This document shows, piece by piece, positions 50,009 to 60,389 of a stretch of DNA of 64,000 nt. A program made the position numbers and the translations under genes. The DNA lies in NCBI GenBank assembly GCA_043747615.1, contig JAYTOU010000042.1, positions 59,144-123,143 on the forward strand, given 5' to 3'. Each line of letters opens with the position of its first letter. Positions within the stretch are counted from its first letter, which is position 1. The notes beneath the pieces were generated by a model. It searched no databases. It saw only the letters and a program-made list of their open reading frames with translations, and was not told the DNA's origin. The stretch is from Myxococcales bacterium. GTDB taxonomy: Bacteria; Myxococcota_A; Polyangia; Polyangiales; Polyangiaceae.

Positions 50009-53000
50009 GTGGATCAATCCAAATCGGCGTTTTGGGCGGAGCTTCTCGACAACCCGGCGCGCAAAGCGAAGCTGAGGATCGGCGTATTTGCCGTCCTCTC
50101 CATCGGCTCAGCCATGGTGGTCGGCTACCGTGCCGGCGCGACTCCCAGGCCCGAGAATGTGGCGAATCGCGCCTGGCACGGCAAGGTCGCAAAGATCGCA
50201 AGGGCAGGGGCGCAGAAGACGGGCGGCGTTACGTTGCGCCTCCTCGGCGGCGCAGAGTTGGCCGCAAACGAAGGCTCGGAGCTCAGCGAAGGCTCCGAAC
50301 TCTGGACCGACGGACGCACCCGCGTTCGCATCGAGCTGGATGACGGCACGAGCATCGTTCTCGACCGGGCCACGTCGATCTCCGTCGAAGCGGGACCGCG
50401 CACGCTACGCCTCAAGGAGGGTTCGATCGTCGCGGATGTCGCTCATATCGAGGGCGCGCCCGTTGCGCACCTCGTAACCCCGACCGGCGAGGTGGGCGTC
50501 CTCGGAACGAAATTCGCGCTCACGTCCACCGCCGACCGCACGACGGTGGAGGTCATGCGAGGCGTCGTTGAGCTGAAAGACGCAAGCAGCAACCTGGTTC
50601 AAGTCGGGGCCGGGCAGGAGGGCGTGGCTTCGAAGAACGCCAAGCTCGAAATCGCGCCGGTGAACGATCTCGCGCAGCGTCTCGCGTTCGGCGAAGGGGT
50701 GGGTCTTCCAGGAATTCACAACGAAGACGCCGAGGCGACCGTCAGCGGCTTGGGCGAGCTGCGCGCGAGACGCCCAGGAAAAACCGACGAAAAAGATCAC
50801 GTCGTCGCGCTCACCACGCACAACATCAAGGTTCGCATCGTCGGCAACGTGGCCCGCACCGAGGTCGACGAGACCTTTACGAACGAGACAGGCGATGACC
50901 TCGAAGGGCTCTATCGGTTTCCCTTGCCGCCCGACGCGCAGATCGAGCGTCTCGCGCTGGAAGTAGACGGCAAGCTCGTCGACGGCTCGTTTGTCGACAA
51001 AGCAAAGGGCGCAGCGATCTTCCGTGGCGCGGTGCACAACGCCACACCGACCGCGCCCAAGCCCAAAGAAGAAATCATCTGGGTGCCCGGCCCCTGGAGG
51101 GATCCCGCGCTCCTCGAGTGGCAGCGTGGTGGTCGCTTCGAGCTGAAGATCTTCCCGATCCCAAAGCGCGGATCTCGTCGCGTGGTGATTGCCTATACGG
51201 AGACGATTGCGCCCGTCGCTGGCGTCCGTCGCTACGTCTACCCGCTCCCCCAAACGACCTCGAGTGACCTCAGGATCGGCATCTTCAGTATCGATCTTCA
51301 GGTGCTCGGCAACGATCCGAAGGTCCCCGTAAAAGCGCGGGGCTACGAGCTCGCGAAGGCCCCGTCGGGCTCGGAGCTCGGTGGCGAGCGCTTTGCGCAG
51401 ACGACCACCAACTTCGTCCCCTCCGGAGATCTCGCGATCGAATACGTTCTCTCCGACCGCGCAAGCGACGTGACCGCGTGGGGCTACACCGATCCAAATG
51501 CGCCCAAGGTAAAGGTGCTTGGCGCGATCTCCGGGGTCCCAGAAAAAGGCTACGTCGCCCTGGCGCTCCGCCCGAAGCTCCCCGGCTGGACGGAGTCGAG
51601 GCCGCGCGATGTTGTGCTCGCCGTCGACGCGGGTCGATCGATGTTTGGCGAGCGGTATCAGCGCGCAAAGCGCCTCGCCGTCCAGGTCGTTCAGGAGATG
51701 GACCGGCGCGATCGGATCGCCGTGCTCGCCTGCGACGTCACCTGCCGCGCAATGCCAACAGGGTTCGGCGGCGCGGGTTCGGCGAGCGCACATGACGTCG
51801 AATCGTTCCTTTCGGGATCGGAGCCCGACGGCGCGAGCGATCTCGTCGGCGCGGTGCGATCGGCGGCAGGCATCGCGGGCCATGACCGCAGCCGTGATCT
51901 CCGCATCGTTCTCGTTTCTGATGGAGTGGCGAGCGCGGGGTATCGCCGCCCTGAGCGTCTCGCCGCCGCTATCAAAGAGGCCCTTGTCGATGCGCGCTCC
52001 GAGGTCATCACCGTCCCCGTCGGCTCCGATGCCGACACGACGACACTCCAAGAAATCGCGCGTGGCGGCGGCGGGGTCGTCGTCCCCTACGCACCAGGCG
52101 AGATGCTGGAGACCGCTGCACTAGACGTGCTCAACGCGACGTACGGCGTGACCTTGAGAGACGTGACGCTCACCCTTCCGGACGGTCTGTCGGAGGTCGC
52201 CCCGAGCAACATCGCCCCGATGCGTGCAGGGGGAGAAACGCTGATCACCGCACGAATCACCGGCGATCACGTGAAGGGCGACGCCATTCTCAGCGGTAAG
52301 GTAGGGGGCGAAAAATTCGAGGCTCGTTACCCGCTCGACGTGCGCGCGACGACGGAGGCCGGCAATGCCTTCGTACCCAGGCTCTACGCGGCGGCACGCA
52401 TATCCGACAAAGAGCGCGACGCGCCTGACGCCGCTCGCGCCGAGCTGGTCTCCCTTTCCCAGCGCTATGGAGTTCCTTCGCGTTTCACGTCGCTCCTCGT
52501 TCTCGAGAGCGAGGCGATGTTCACCGCCTTCGGGATCGATCGCTCGGCGCGCGCCACCGCCTGGACGGGTGAAGAGCTCACCGCGCAGAGCGAAGTTGCC
52601 ACCCGCGCCGAGGCAAACGAAAAAAGCGACGCCCTCGCCATCGGGGGCGACGACGACCAGAAGAAGGAGGTCGCGCAGCACGCGGTCCCCCGAAGGCCGA
52701 GCGGGCTCGAATCAAACGATCCCCTTGGCACCGGCACCGGCAGCGGTTTCGGTGGCGCTTTGGCCCAGCCCGCACCAGCAAGTCCGCCAGCAGACTTCTC
52801 GCCGCCGCCGCCGACGCCCTCCAAAGCTCAAGGCCAGTCGCCCTCGGACCCACGGAGCTCATCGATCGGAAACTTCGGGCGGCGCGGGGGCGGCCAGTGG
52901 ATGAAGCGCGTGTGGTTCCGGAAGGCGAGCGTTGCGAATGGGGCGCCTCCGCCGGTTCCCGCCGAGAAGGTCGCAGCAGCGCGCGCTGCGCTTCAAGCGG

Positions 53001-54127
53001 CACCCGATGAGCGTGGGCGATACCGAGATCTCGTGCGGGTCCTCTCGGCCAACGGCGCGCTCGACGAGCTCGGTGCAGTCCTCGCACGGTGGTCGACCCG
53101 TGACCCGCTCGACGCCGACGCGATCTCCGCGCGCGCCGACCTGGCGGCCAGGGCAGGGGATCGCGAAAGGGCGCTCCGGATCCTCGACGGAGTCGCCTCG
53201 GGCGCGTCTGCGGTCGCGAACGACGTAAGCCTGCTTGATGCGCTCGCCCTCACGCACGAACGCGCACAGGATCATTCGGCTGCGTGTGCTTTTCGGATCG
53301 CAGCCGCCGAGACTCGGTCGGATGTAGAGCATGTGGCCCGCGCGCTCGCCTGCGAGATCGCCGACGGTCACGCCCGAGCGTTCGAGCCCTTCTTAGCCCG
53401 AAAGGAACGCGCCGATATCGAGGCCACGGCAGCCCGCTTCGACGCTCTCGCCAAGGGGTCTGCGGCGCCGATCGAAGCCGCAACGTCGGGCGACATCGTC
53501 GTCGACGCCACCTGGGACGCAGCCGCGAACACCGACGTCGACATCGCGATCGTGGATCCGTTGGGAAGCAGGCTTTCCTGGGCCGCTCGCGGAAGAAATG
53601 TCCGCGTCGCCGATGCGACCAGTCGTCGCCACGAGGCGCTCGCGGTTTCCAGCTCGTCGGTCGGCGCGTTTACGATCGAAGTGACGCGCGCCGGGGGCAC
53701 GGCCGCGCGGGTCAGCGGGAACCTCTCCATCCGAGCGATCGGCGAGCGGCTCACCGTTCCCTTTTTTCTCAGCGGCGCAAACGCGCAAGTCGCCCGCGTC
53801 CAAGTGCGGATGGAGTCAGAGCTCGTGCCCAGCAGCGAGCCTGAGACCGGCAGCGCGCCTCCGTTCGATCGCGGCACCGCGGCGCGTCTTCTGTCGACCG
53901 TGTCCGTAGCGAGCTGCAGTGCCGGCGATGGAGCCACCGGCAACGGAATCGTGCGCATCACGTTTGCAGGAAACGGCCGCGTCATCGCTGCGCTCGTCGA
54001 TCCCCCGTTCGAAGGCACTGCCACGGGAAGGTGCGTTTCGAGCGCCTACCGCCGCCTGGCGATCAACCCGTTCGACGCCGCTCAAGGCACCGTGACGATG
54101 CTCACGGGCTTCGTCGTCCCGCCTTGA
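50009..54127 (+). CDS. large membrane-anchored FecR + VIT + vWA + TPR-like protein
   Basis: TM helix; FecR-like LDDGTSIVL..VTPTGEVGVLGTKF..VMRGVV; VIT-like ARTEVDETFTN..LEGLYRFPLP..FELKIFPI; vWA DVVLAVDAGRSM..VSDG; helical repeats; C-terminal two-Cys domain. Confidence 0.8.
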   Translation: MDQSKSAFWAELLDNPARKAKLRIGVFAVLSIGSAMVVGYRAGATPRPENVANRAWHGKVAKIARAGAQKTGGVTLRLLGGAELAANEGSELSEGSELWTDGRTRVRIELDDGTSIVLDRATSISVEAGPRTLRLKEGSIVADVAHIEGAPVAHLVTPTGEVGVLGTKFALTSTADRTTVEVMRGVVELKDASSNLVQVGAGQEGVASKNAKLEIAPVNDLAQRLAFGEGVGLPGIHNEDAEATVSGLGELRARRPGKTDEKDHVVALTTHNIKVRIVGNVARTEVDETFTNETGDDLEGLYRFPLPPDAQIERLALEVDGKLVDGSFVDKAKGAAIFRGAVHNATPTAPKPKEEIIWVPGPWRDPALLEWQRGGRFELKIFPIPKRGSRRVVIAYTETIAPVAGVRRYVYPLPQTTSSDLRIGIFSIDLQVLGNDPKVPVKARGYELAKAPSGSELGGERFAQTTTNFVPSGDLAIEYVLSDRASDVTAWGYTDPNAPKVKVLGAISGVPEKGYVALALRPKLPGWTESRPRDVVLAVDAGRSMFGERYQRAKRLAVQVVQEMDRRDRIAVLACDVTCRAMPTGFGGAGSASAHDVESFLSGSEPDGASDLVGAVRSAAGIAGHDRSRDLRIVLVSDGVASAGYRRPERLAAAIKEALVDARSEVITVPVGSDADTTTLQEIARGGGGVVVPYAPGEMLETAALDVLNATYGVTLRDVTLTLPDGLSEVAPSNIAPMRAGGETLITARITGDHVKGDAILSGKVGGEKFEARYPLDVRATTEAGNAFVPRLYAAARISDKERDAPDAARAELVSLSQRYGVPSRFTSLLVLESEAMFTAFGIDRSARATAWTGEELTAQSEVATRAEANEKSDALAIGGDDDQKKEVAQHAVPRRPSGLESNDPLGTGTGSGFGGALAQPAPASPPADFSPPPPTPSKAQGQSPSDPRSSSIGNFGRRGGGQWMKRVWFRKASVANGAPPPVPAEKVAAARAALQAAPDERGRYRDLVRVLSANGALDELGAVLARWSTRDPLDADAISARADLAARAGDRERALRILDGVASGASAVANDVSLLDALALTHERAQDHSAACAFRIAAAETRSDVEHVARALACEIADGHARAFEPFLARKERADIEATAARFDALAKGSAAPIEAATSGDIVVDATWDAAANTDVDIAIVDPLGSRLSWAARGRNVRVADATSRRHEALAVSSSSVGAFTIEVTRAGGTAARVSGNLSIRAIGERLTVPFFLSGANAQVARVQVRMESELVPSSEPETGSAPPFDRGTAARLLSTVSVASCSAGDGATGNGIVRITFAGNGRVIAALVDPPFEGTATGRCVSSAYRRLAINPFDAAQGTVTMLTGFVVPP

Positions 54128-54142
54128 TCCGTGTTTGCCTCT

Positions 54143-54604
54143 TTAGGCCTTGCTGTCAGTTTCCATGGCGCGAGCGACGAGCTCGAGGGCATCGGTCACC
54201 TTCTGACGCTCGCCTCGCGGCACGCGATCAAGCACGCCGGCGAGTGTGCTCAGCGACCCAGCATTCACCGCGTCGGCGGCGCGCTTTCCTTTCGGAGTGA
54301 GGCGCAGCTCCGTCAGGCGGCCGTCATCCAAGCCCTTATCACGCGACACGAGACCGCCCTCCACGAGACCTTTTAGATTGCGGCTCGCGGTCGAAGGGTC
54401 GATCCCCAGCAGCACGGCGAGGCTCGACGTTGAGACCGCGCCGCGCTCGAAGATGACCTGCAGTGTCTCAGCCTGCTGCGGCGTCACACTCCGCTTCTTC
54501 GAGTGCGCCAAGAACACCACGCCGCGCGCACGCTCGCGGCTGATCCGACCGAGCGCTCTTTCAACGACGTGGACGGCACGGACAAATCTATCTTGGTCAG
54601 CCAT
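54143..54604 (-). CDS. MarR-family transcriptional regulator
   Basis: VTPQQAETL, LGIDPSTASRNLKGLVEGGLV and DGR..LRLTPKG winged helix. Start uncertain (54604 or 54616). Confidence 0.87.
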   Translation of the reverse strand: MADQDRFVRAVHVVERALGRISRERARGVVFLAHSKKRSVTPQQAETLQVIFERGAVSTSSLAVLLGIDPSTASRNLKGLVEGGLVSRDKGLDDGRLTELRLTPKGKRAADAVNAGSLSTLAGVLDRVPRGERQKVTDALELVARAMETDSKA

Positions 54605-54678
54605 TGGAGACCGCATGCATCCTACAAGTTTGGTCGCCACGTCAAGCGGGCGCGCAACTTTGCCGAGACGCCGTGTTC

Positions 54679-54706
54679 TTTTTCTCGAAAAATTCTCCGA
54701 GAAAAA
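54679..54706. promoter_or_regulatory. candidate operator (9-bp perfect inverted repeat)
   Basis: tttttctcg-N10-cgagaaaaa in the AT-rich region between the divergent marR and cytochrome genes. Confidence 0.45.
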
Positions 54707-54803
54707 CTTTCTTTGCTCTATCTCGTGATTGACTGTGTCTCGTCATTGAATGCGGCGTGCGATTCCGCCGTCCATCTCGAACCAACACGAATCAAGAGGA
54801 TCC

Positions 54804-55184
54804 ATGAACGCGAGAAAATCGTGGGTTGTGCTTTTTGCAGGTGTGCTCCTCGGGTCGGCTGTGCTTGCAAGTGTGCCGACCTCGGCGTCGGCGGACGACA
54901 CGACGTGCGGGAGCAAAGAGAATCCTTGTCCGCTTCAGAAGTGGATGCGCGCGAACATGGGAGCTGCAATGGCGGCCGGAGATCTGCCGACGCTGGCCAA
55001 GTCGCTCGACAAAGCCGCGACCCTTTCCCCCGATGCGTCGTGGAATTGGGGGGCGATCTCCAAGGCTGGCGCCGACGCTGCGCGGAAAGGCGACACGGCT
55101 GGGGCGAAGGCTGCGTGCAAGAGCTGTCACGATTCCTTCAAAGACAAGTACAAGGCGCAGTTTCGCGCGAAGGCTATCCCCTAG
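54804..55184 (+). CDS. small periplasmic monoheme cytochrome c (class II / c'-like)
   Basis: Signal peptide ending ASA-DD, helical Ala-rich body, single C-terminal CKSCH. RBS agagga. Confidence 0.7.
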   Translation: MNARKSWVVLFAGVLLGSAVLASVPTSASADDTTCGSKENPCPLQKWMRANMGAAMAAGDLPTLAKSLDKAATLSPDASWNWGAISKAGADAARKGDTAGAKAACKSCHDSFKDKYKAQFRAKAIP

Positions 55185-55257
55185 CTGTTCCCTAGACGTT
55201 TGCTCTCAAGCTTGCCTTGCCGCCGGTGCGATCACGCCTTAGCGTGAAAAGCTCGAA

Positions 55258-55947
55258 ATGGCATTCTCCGTTACTCCCTCCACCGGGCAGCGCGCCGAGA
55301 CGACGCGCATGTTCGAGAGTGACCTAATCGAGCGCTTCTCCCGAATCCATCCGGCGACTCCATTCGTCTTCTGGATCCCGGTCATCGTCGGGGTTCTCCT
55401 CCGAAGCGCACTTCGCCACGACATCGGCGCCCTCGCTACGGTCGGAGTGTTCGGGTCGGCGATCCTCGCGTGGACGCTCGCGGAGTATCTCCTCCACCGG
55501 TTCGTCTTTCATTGGACGGGAGAGACTGCGCTCGCGAAGCGGTTTCACTTCCTAATCCACGGCGTTCATCACGACTTTCCGCGCGACAGGGACCGGCTGG
55601 TGATGCCTCTCGGCGCGAGCATACCCTTCGGGATCCTTTTCTACGCGCTGTTCTACTTCCTGCTCGGCCAGCGCTTCGGGGAGCCCTTCTTCGCGGGATT
55701 CGTTCTCGGCTACCTCGGCTACGACGGAACGCACTACGCCGTTCACCATTTTCGTCAGACGACTCGAATCGGCAAATGGGTGAAGCGCCACCACATGCGC
55801 CACCACTACGCCGATCATCATGGCGGCTTCGGCGTCTCGTCTCCGCTGTGGGATCTCGTCTTTCACACGATGCCCCAGACGAAGCCGCAAACGCGAAGCG
55901 GGTCGGACGAAGCTCCCCCCGGGAACGCGGGCCTGGAAGCCTCCTAA
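55258..55947 (+). CDS. fatty acid hydroxylase / sterol desaturase family (FA2H/Scs7-like)
   Basis: EYLLHRFVFH, IHGVHHDFP.D..RLVMP, YDGTHYAVHH, HHMRHHY and GFGVSSPLWD. Confidence 0.88.
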   Translation: MAFSVTPSTGQRAETTRMFESDLIERFSRIHPATPFVFWIPVIVGVLLRSALRHDIGALATVGVFGSAILAWTLAEYLLHRFVFHWTGETALAKRFHFLIHGVHHDFPRDRDRLVMPLGASIPFGILFYALFYFLLGQRFGEPFFAGFVLGYLGYDGTHYAVHHFRQTTRIGKWVKRHHMRHHYADHHGGFGVSSPLWDLVFHTMPQTKPQTRSGSDEAPPGNAGLEAS

Positions 55948-55954
55948 GAAACTT

Positions 55955-56164
55955 CTACTTTCGGGCGACTTCGCTCGGTGGCAGGAGCTGCTCCTCCAGA
56001 ACCTGCGGCTGCACCGCCGGCATCGGGATTCGGGCCACGAGGACGCTTCGACTATGGTGATCGATGCTCGAACCGACGCGTGCTCCGGCTGTAAAAGCTA
56101 GGGCCGAGCCCAACAGACCGAGGGAGCCGATGGCGAGGGTGCGGCGCAACGTCGATTTGAACAT
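55955..56164 (-). CDS. small hypothetical exported/membrane protein (69 aa)
   Basis: MFKSTLRRTLAIGSLGLLGSALA signal-like N-terminus. Fills an intergenic gap. Confidence 0.45.
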   Translation of the reverse strand: MFKSTLRRTLAIGSLGLLGSALAFTAGARVGSSIDHHSRSVLVARIPMPAVQPQVLEEQLLPPSEVARK

Positions 56165-56318
56165 GCGATGCCTCTTTTTGGTACTCGGCGGCGATTCCAG
56201 GACTCGACCAGCGTAGGCCTCTCCTCTCGGGAAGGTCGTGAATTCACCCGAGACGCCCCCGATTTGTACGACTCTCTGCCACTCGTGGCAGAAGCACGGC
56301 TGTGCTATCGTCCCTTGC

Positions 56319-56795
56319 ATGGGGCAGCCGACTTCGAAGAGAGACGTGTTCATCGCGCTCGCAGCGATCGCTTGGGCCGACGGCAACCTCGACTCGGAAG
56401 AAGCCGACGCCATCGTCCGCGCGGCCGTCGAAGAGGGCCTCGATCTTGACGAGATTGCGGCCATCGAAGCGGCCACGGCGACAAAAGTCGAAATGGGAAC
56501 GATCGATAGATCGAACCTCTCGAAAGAGGATCGCCTTTTCGTCTACGCAGTCGCCTGCTGGATCGCGGAGCTCGACGGGGACGTGACCGCCGAAGAGGCC
56601 AGCGCCCTCTCCCTCCTCGGTGAGCGGCTCGGAGTCCCCGAACGCCCACGCGCCCACGCGGAAGAAGCCGCGCGCGAAGTCGCCAACATGCCCGAGGGCA
56701 ACAGGCCTGCGCGCTACGACCTTGCCAAGCTCCGGTCCATTATTGGAGACCGCCTCAAGGCCGCGCAAGAAGCTCGGCACAACCAAACGGCCTGA
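56319..56795 (+). CDS. TerB-like (tellurite resistance fold) protein
   Basis: Two TerB-type motifs: IAWADGNLDSEE and IAELDGDVTAEE. Confidence 0.75.
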   Translation: MGQPTSKRDVFIALAAIAWADGNLDSEEADAIVRAAVEEGLDLDEIAAIEAATATKVEMGTIDRSNLSKEDRLFVYAVACWIAELDGDVTAEEASALSLLGERLGVPERPRAHAEEAAREVANMPEGNRPARYDLAKLRSIIGDRLKAAQEARHNQTA

Positions 56796-56849
56796 AGGCG
56801 TCAGTAACAGGGGACGTAGCGGGATGTCCGCGCTAAGCTCCGCCCCATC

Positions 56850-59800
56850 ATGTCGCAGGGCGAAAAGCCTGCATCTCCGCCCCCGAGCGAGATCGGAACG
56901 CTCCTCGCGCAACGCTACGAAGTGATTCGTGAGCTTGGGCGAGGTGGCATGGGAGTCGTCTATCTCTGTCGAGACATGGTGAGCGGCGAGCGGGTCGCGT
57001 TGAAACGCCTGCGAACTCCCGAGGAAGCGAAGGCCGCGCCGCGCCCTGAAGAGAGCTGGTGGTTTCATCAGGAAGCCCGGGCGGTGGCCTCGCTCGATCA
57101 CCCTGCGCTCGTGCGCGCGCGCGACTTCGGAACGCTAGGCGACGGCTCGCCGTACCTCGTCATGGACGCGCTACCGGGACGGAGCGTCCACGAATGGATG
57201 CATACTACAACGATGCCTTGGCCCGTGATCTGGGCGCTCGTCGACCAGTCGCTCGCCGGACTCGCTCACGCCCACGCGCGCGGAGTCATTCACGGCGATC
57301 TGAAGCCGTCGAACGTGATGCTCGATCTCGCGTCGCCGGGGCGTGGACCACGCGCTTACCTCCTCGATCTCGGTCTCGCGTGGCTGCGGCAATCACGCCA
57401 CGATCCGCGGCTCGATGGGGCCCCTCCTCCCGAGCTGGCAACGCACGCCGGCGCCGGCACCGTCGGTTGGGTCGCTCCGGAGCAGATTAGAAAGGCGGCG
57501 ACGCACGTCGGGCCGGCGACGGATCTCTACGCGCTCGGATGCATCATGTACCGCGTGCTCGTGGGCAAAGAGGTCTTCGAGGGAACGGCGCAAGAAGTCC
57601 TACGTGCGCACAAGCGGACTCCGGTGCCCGCCCTCGTCCTGCCCGCGGATGTCCCTCAAGAGGTGAGCGGGTACGTGCAGCGCTTGCTCGCGAAACGTCC
57701 GTGGCACCGCTTCGAGCTCGCCGCGGATGCGCGTCGCGAGTGGCGGCGTTTTCGCCCGGCCCAATCGGCGACGCTCGAAGAAACGGTGGCAAGCGCGCCA
57801 CCGCCGCCCGCAGCTCCTTCCTCTTCACCCGCGATGGGAAGAGCCGTCGCTGCGGCGCGATCGCTCGCTCCCGGTCTCCTTGGTCTTCGGCCGTCGCCCA
57901 TGGTGGCGCGTGAAGAAGAGCGCCACGAGCTGTGGCAGGTCGTAAAATCTGTGGCCTCGGGCGAAGGGCCTTCACACCAGCTCGTTGCGCTCATCGGAGA
58001 GGCCGGCGTCGGCAAGAGTCGTCTTGCCGGCTGGCTGTGCGAGCAAGTCCACGAGTACGGGGTGATGATTCCCCTGCGTGCGCGCTATGGCCGCATTTCC
58101 ACCTCGCTCGACGGCGTCACCGGCGCAGTCAACGCACACTTCGGTCTCGAGGGTGCGGATCGCTCGCTCGTCGAACAGACGTTGATGAATCGTTGGGAGG
58201 TGAGCCCCGACGACGAGGACGCCCTCACCTGGGTTGCCGCCACGGCAGAGTGGCTCCGTCCAACGCCGCCCGGCACGATGACCCCGCTCGGACCAACCGG
58301 GAAGCGCTTCGTCCTCGACACTCCGGAGCTTCGTTGGGCGGTCATTCGTCGCGTGCTCGAGCACATCGGAAGAGACCGCCCGATTCTCTTGTGGTCCGAC
58401 GATTTGCATCACGCTTCACCGAACACCTTCGAAGTCCTCGGACGCATGCGTCAATCGGCGCCGGGCGTAAAAATGCTGGTGATCGCCACCGCACGCAGTG
58501 AAACCTTGGCCACCGATCTCGATGCTGCGCTTCGTATGGAAGCCGCGCGCGCAGAATGGAACGGCCGAGTCCTCGATCTGAAACCGCTCGGTCAACACGA
58601 GACCGAGGCACTCCTTCGCTCGACGTTGCCACTTCACGACGACGCGGTCGCGCGGGCAAGCGCCCAAGCCCAAGGCAATCCGCTCTTCGCGCTGCAGCTG
58701 CTCCACGCCTGGTCGGGTGGAGGCTATTTGAAGCTTGAAAACGGCAGGTACCGCGTGCCCGACAGCGCTCTGCTCGGTCGTGCGATCACCACCGCCGAGC
58801 TGTGGGACGAGCGCCTGCGCGCCGTGGCCACCGATTTGCGCCTCTCCGCATATGCGGCTGCGGCGCTCGGCGAAGACATCCGGGGCGAGGTGCTGATGAC
58901 CCTCGTCCAATCGCTCGGAATGGATCCCCGCGATGCGCTCGTCGCTCTCACGCGCGCGCAAATTCTCCTCGCCGCAGGCAACGATCAATTTCGCTGGCCA
59001 CACGCGCTCCTCCTCGAGCACTTGATGGGTCGCCTTCACGAGCGAAAGGACGCGCCGGCGATTTTTCGCTTGGCGGCGAACGCGCTCGAGAAACATCCCG
59101 CAGTGGGAATGCGTCGGATCATGAAGCATCGGGTGACGAATCTTCTGCGCGCAGGAGACGACAACGTCGCCGCGGGGCTGATGTTCAAGTTCATCCAGGG
59201 CTCGTGGCGACGCGGTCGCGACACGGCGGCCACTCTGCGCGATCTCGAGCTTCTCGAAGGGCGCGTGAGCGGATCGACGGCCGCCGAATATGCGTACTGG
59301 CGCGCCGAAGCCCTACGCCACATGGGTCGTCTCGAAGAAGCGCGCGAGCAAGCGGAGACGGCGCGCAAGGCCTTCGAGCATGCAGGCGACACGGGGAGGG
59401 GAGCGCACACCCTGCGTCTTCTCGGTCACATCGATTCCGATCGAGGTGCCACCGCTCAAGGGCGTCTGAAGGTCGAGCTTGCCCTCGCGCGATTCAAAGA
59501 TCTAGGTGACGCAGCCGGCTATGCCCAAGCGCAGGTCGTCCAAGGAGAGATCGACTATCTCCTCGGGGAGCACGCCCGTGCGCGCGGGATTCTCGTCGAA
59601 GCGAGCGAGAATTGCCGGGCACTCGACGATTCGCTCGGACACGCGCAGTGCTTGATCTTGCTGGCCATGATCTCCACGGCCGTCGGCGGTTTCGAGCGTT
59701 CGCGGGAGCTCTTGGTCGAGGCTCGTGCCGAGTTCGACGGCATGGGTTACCGGCTCGGGCTCGCCCAATGCGACGTGGTCCTCGGTCACGCCGACCATCG

Positions 59801-60374
59801 GGGGTCCGCCATGGATGCCGCGCGTCAGCGGGCGCTCGCTGCGCGGGCGGCGTTTCGGGAGCTGCAAAATCCTCGTGGCGAAGCAGCATGTGAGCGTCTC
59901 TTGGCAATGATCGCGATCGACACCGATGATTTTTCGGCCGGCGACGCCCATGCGCGCATCGCCCTCATCATCTACGAGAGGCTCCAAGATCCGTGGGGTG
60001 AGGTCGAAGCACGTCTTCTTCTCGCCCAGGTCGCGCTCGCCGAGGACGCCCCGGATGCCGGCGAGCTCATCGACTCCTGCGATGCGATCGTGCTCGACGA
60101 CGCCGAGCCCCGGCAGCATCGAGATCTCACGCGGGCCTGGCTCGCGCAGCGTGAGGAGCGCTGGCAAGACGCTGCGAGCAGCCTTGATCAGGCGCGCCGG
60201 GCGTACGGAGAGCGACCGCGCACTGGAGACCACACGCCGCAGCTCCTGGACCGCTTCTCCAAGATGAAATGGGATGCCGTCTCGCGGGGCAAGATCGACG
60301 CGTGGATATCCGCCCTCAGCGAGGAAAGCAGCGCGGGGCCCGCGTCGTCGCGCTGGAAGGCCGACGCGAGCTGA
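56850..60374 (+). CDS. Ser/Thr kinase + AAA/STAND-like NTPase + TPR protein
   Basis: GRGGMGVV, VALK, HGDLKPSN, DLG, WVAPEQ; Walker A GEAGVGKS, Walker B LLWSDDLH, GNPLF; helical repeats. Confidence 0.9.
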   Translation: MSQGEKPASPPPSEIGTLLAQRYEVIRELGRGGMGVVYLCRDMVSGERVALKRLRTPEEAKAAPRPEESWWFHQEARAVASLDHPALVRARDFGTLGDGSPYLVMDALPGRSVHEWMHTTTMPWPVIWALVDQSLAGLAHAHARGVIHGDLKPSNVMLDLASPGRGPRAYLLDLGLAWLRQSRHDPRLDGAPPPELATHAGAGTVGWVAPEQIRKAATHVGPATDLYALGCIMYRVLVGKEVFEGTAQEVLRAHKRTPVPALVLPADVPQEVSGYVQRLLAKRPWHRFELAADARREWRRFRPAQSATLEETVASAPPPPAAPSSSPAMGRAVAAARSLAPGLLGLRPSPMVAREEERHELWQVVKSVASGEGPSHQLVALIGEAGVGKSRLAGWLCEQVHEYGVMIPLRARYGRISTSLDGVTGAVNAHFGLEGADRSLVEQTLMNRWEVSPDDEDALTWVAATAEWLRPTPPGTMTPLGPTGKRFVLDTPELRWAVIRRVLEHIGRDRPILLWSDDLHHASPNTFEVLGRMRQSAPGVKMLVIATARSETLATDLDAALRMEAARAEWNGRVLDLKPLGQHETEALLRSTLPLHDDAVARASAQAQGNPLFALQLLHAWSGGGYLKLENGRYRVPDSALLGRAITTAELWDERLRAVATDLRLSAYAAAALGEDIRGEVLMTLVQSLGMDPRDALVALTRAQILLAAGNDQFRWPHALLLEHLMGRLHERKDAPAIFRLAANALEKHPAVGMRRIMKHRVTNLLRAGDDNVAAGLMFKFIQGSWRRGRDTAATLRDLELLEGRVSGSTAAEYAYWRAEALRHMGRLEEAREQAETARKAFEHAGDTGRGAHTLRLLGHIDSDRGATAQGRLKVELALARFKDLGDAAGYAQAQVVQGEIDYLLGEHARARGILVEASENCRALDDSLGHAQCLILLAMISTAVGGFERSRELLVEARAEFDGMGYRLGLAQCDVVLGHADHRGSAMDAARQRALAARAAFRELQNPRGEAACERLLAMIAIDTDDFSAGDAHARIALIIYERLQDPWGEVEARLLLAQVALAEDAPDAGELIDSCDAIVLDDAEPRQHRDLTRAWLAQREERWQDAASSLDQARRAYGERPRTGDHTPQLLDRFSKMKWDAVSRGKIDAWISALSEESSAGPASSRWKADAS

Positions 60375-60389
60375 TGTAGCTTCGCGCCC

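Noticed and set aside
56285..56307. Possible sigma-54 promoter or short palindrome upstream of the terB-like gene
   Set aside because: GG/GC spacing does not fit the -24/-12 consensus and the palindrome arms are only 5 bp.
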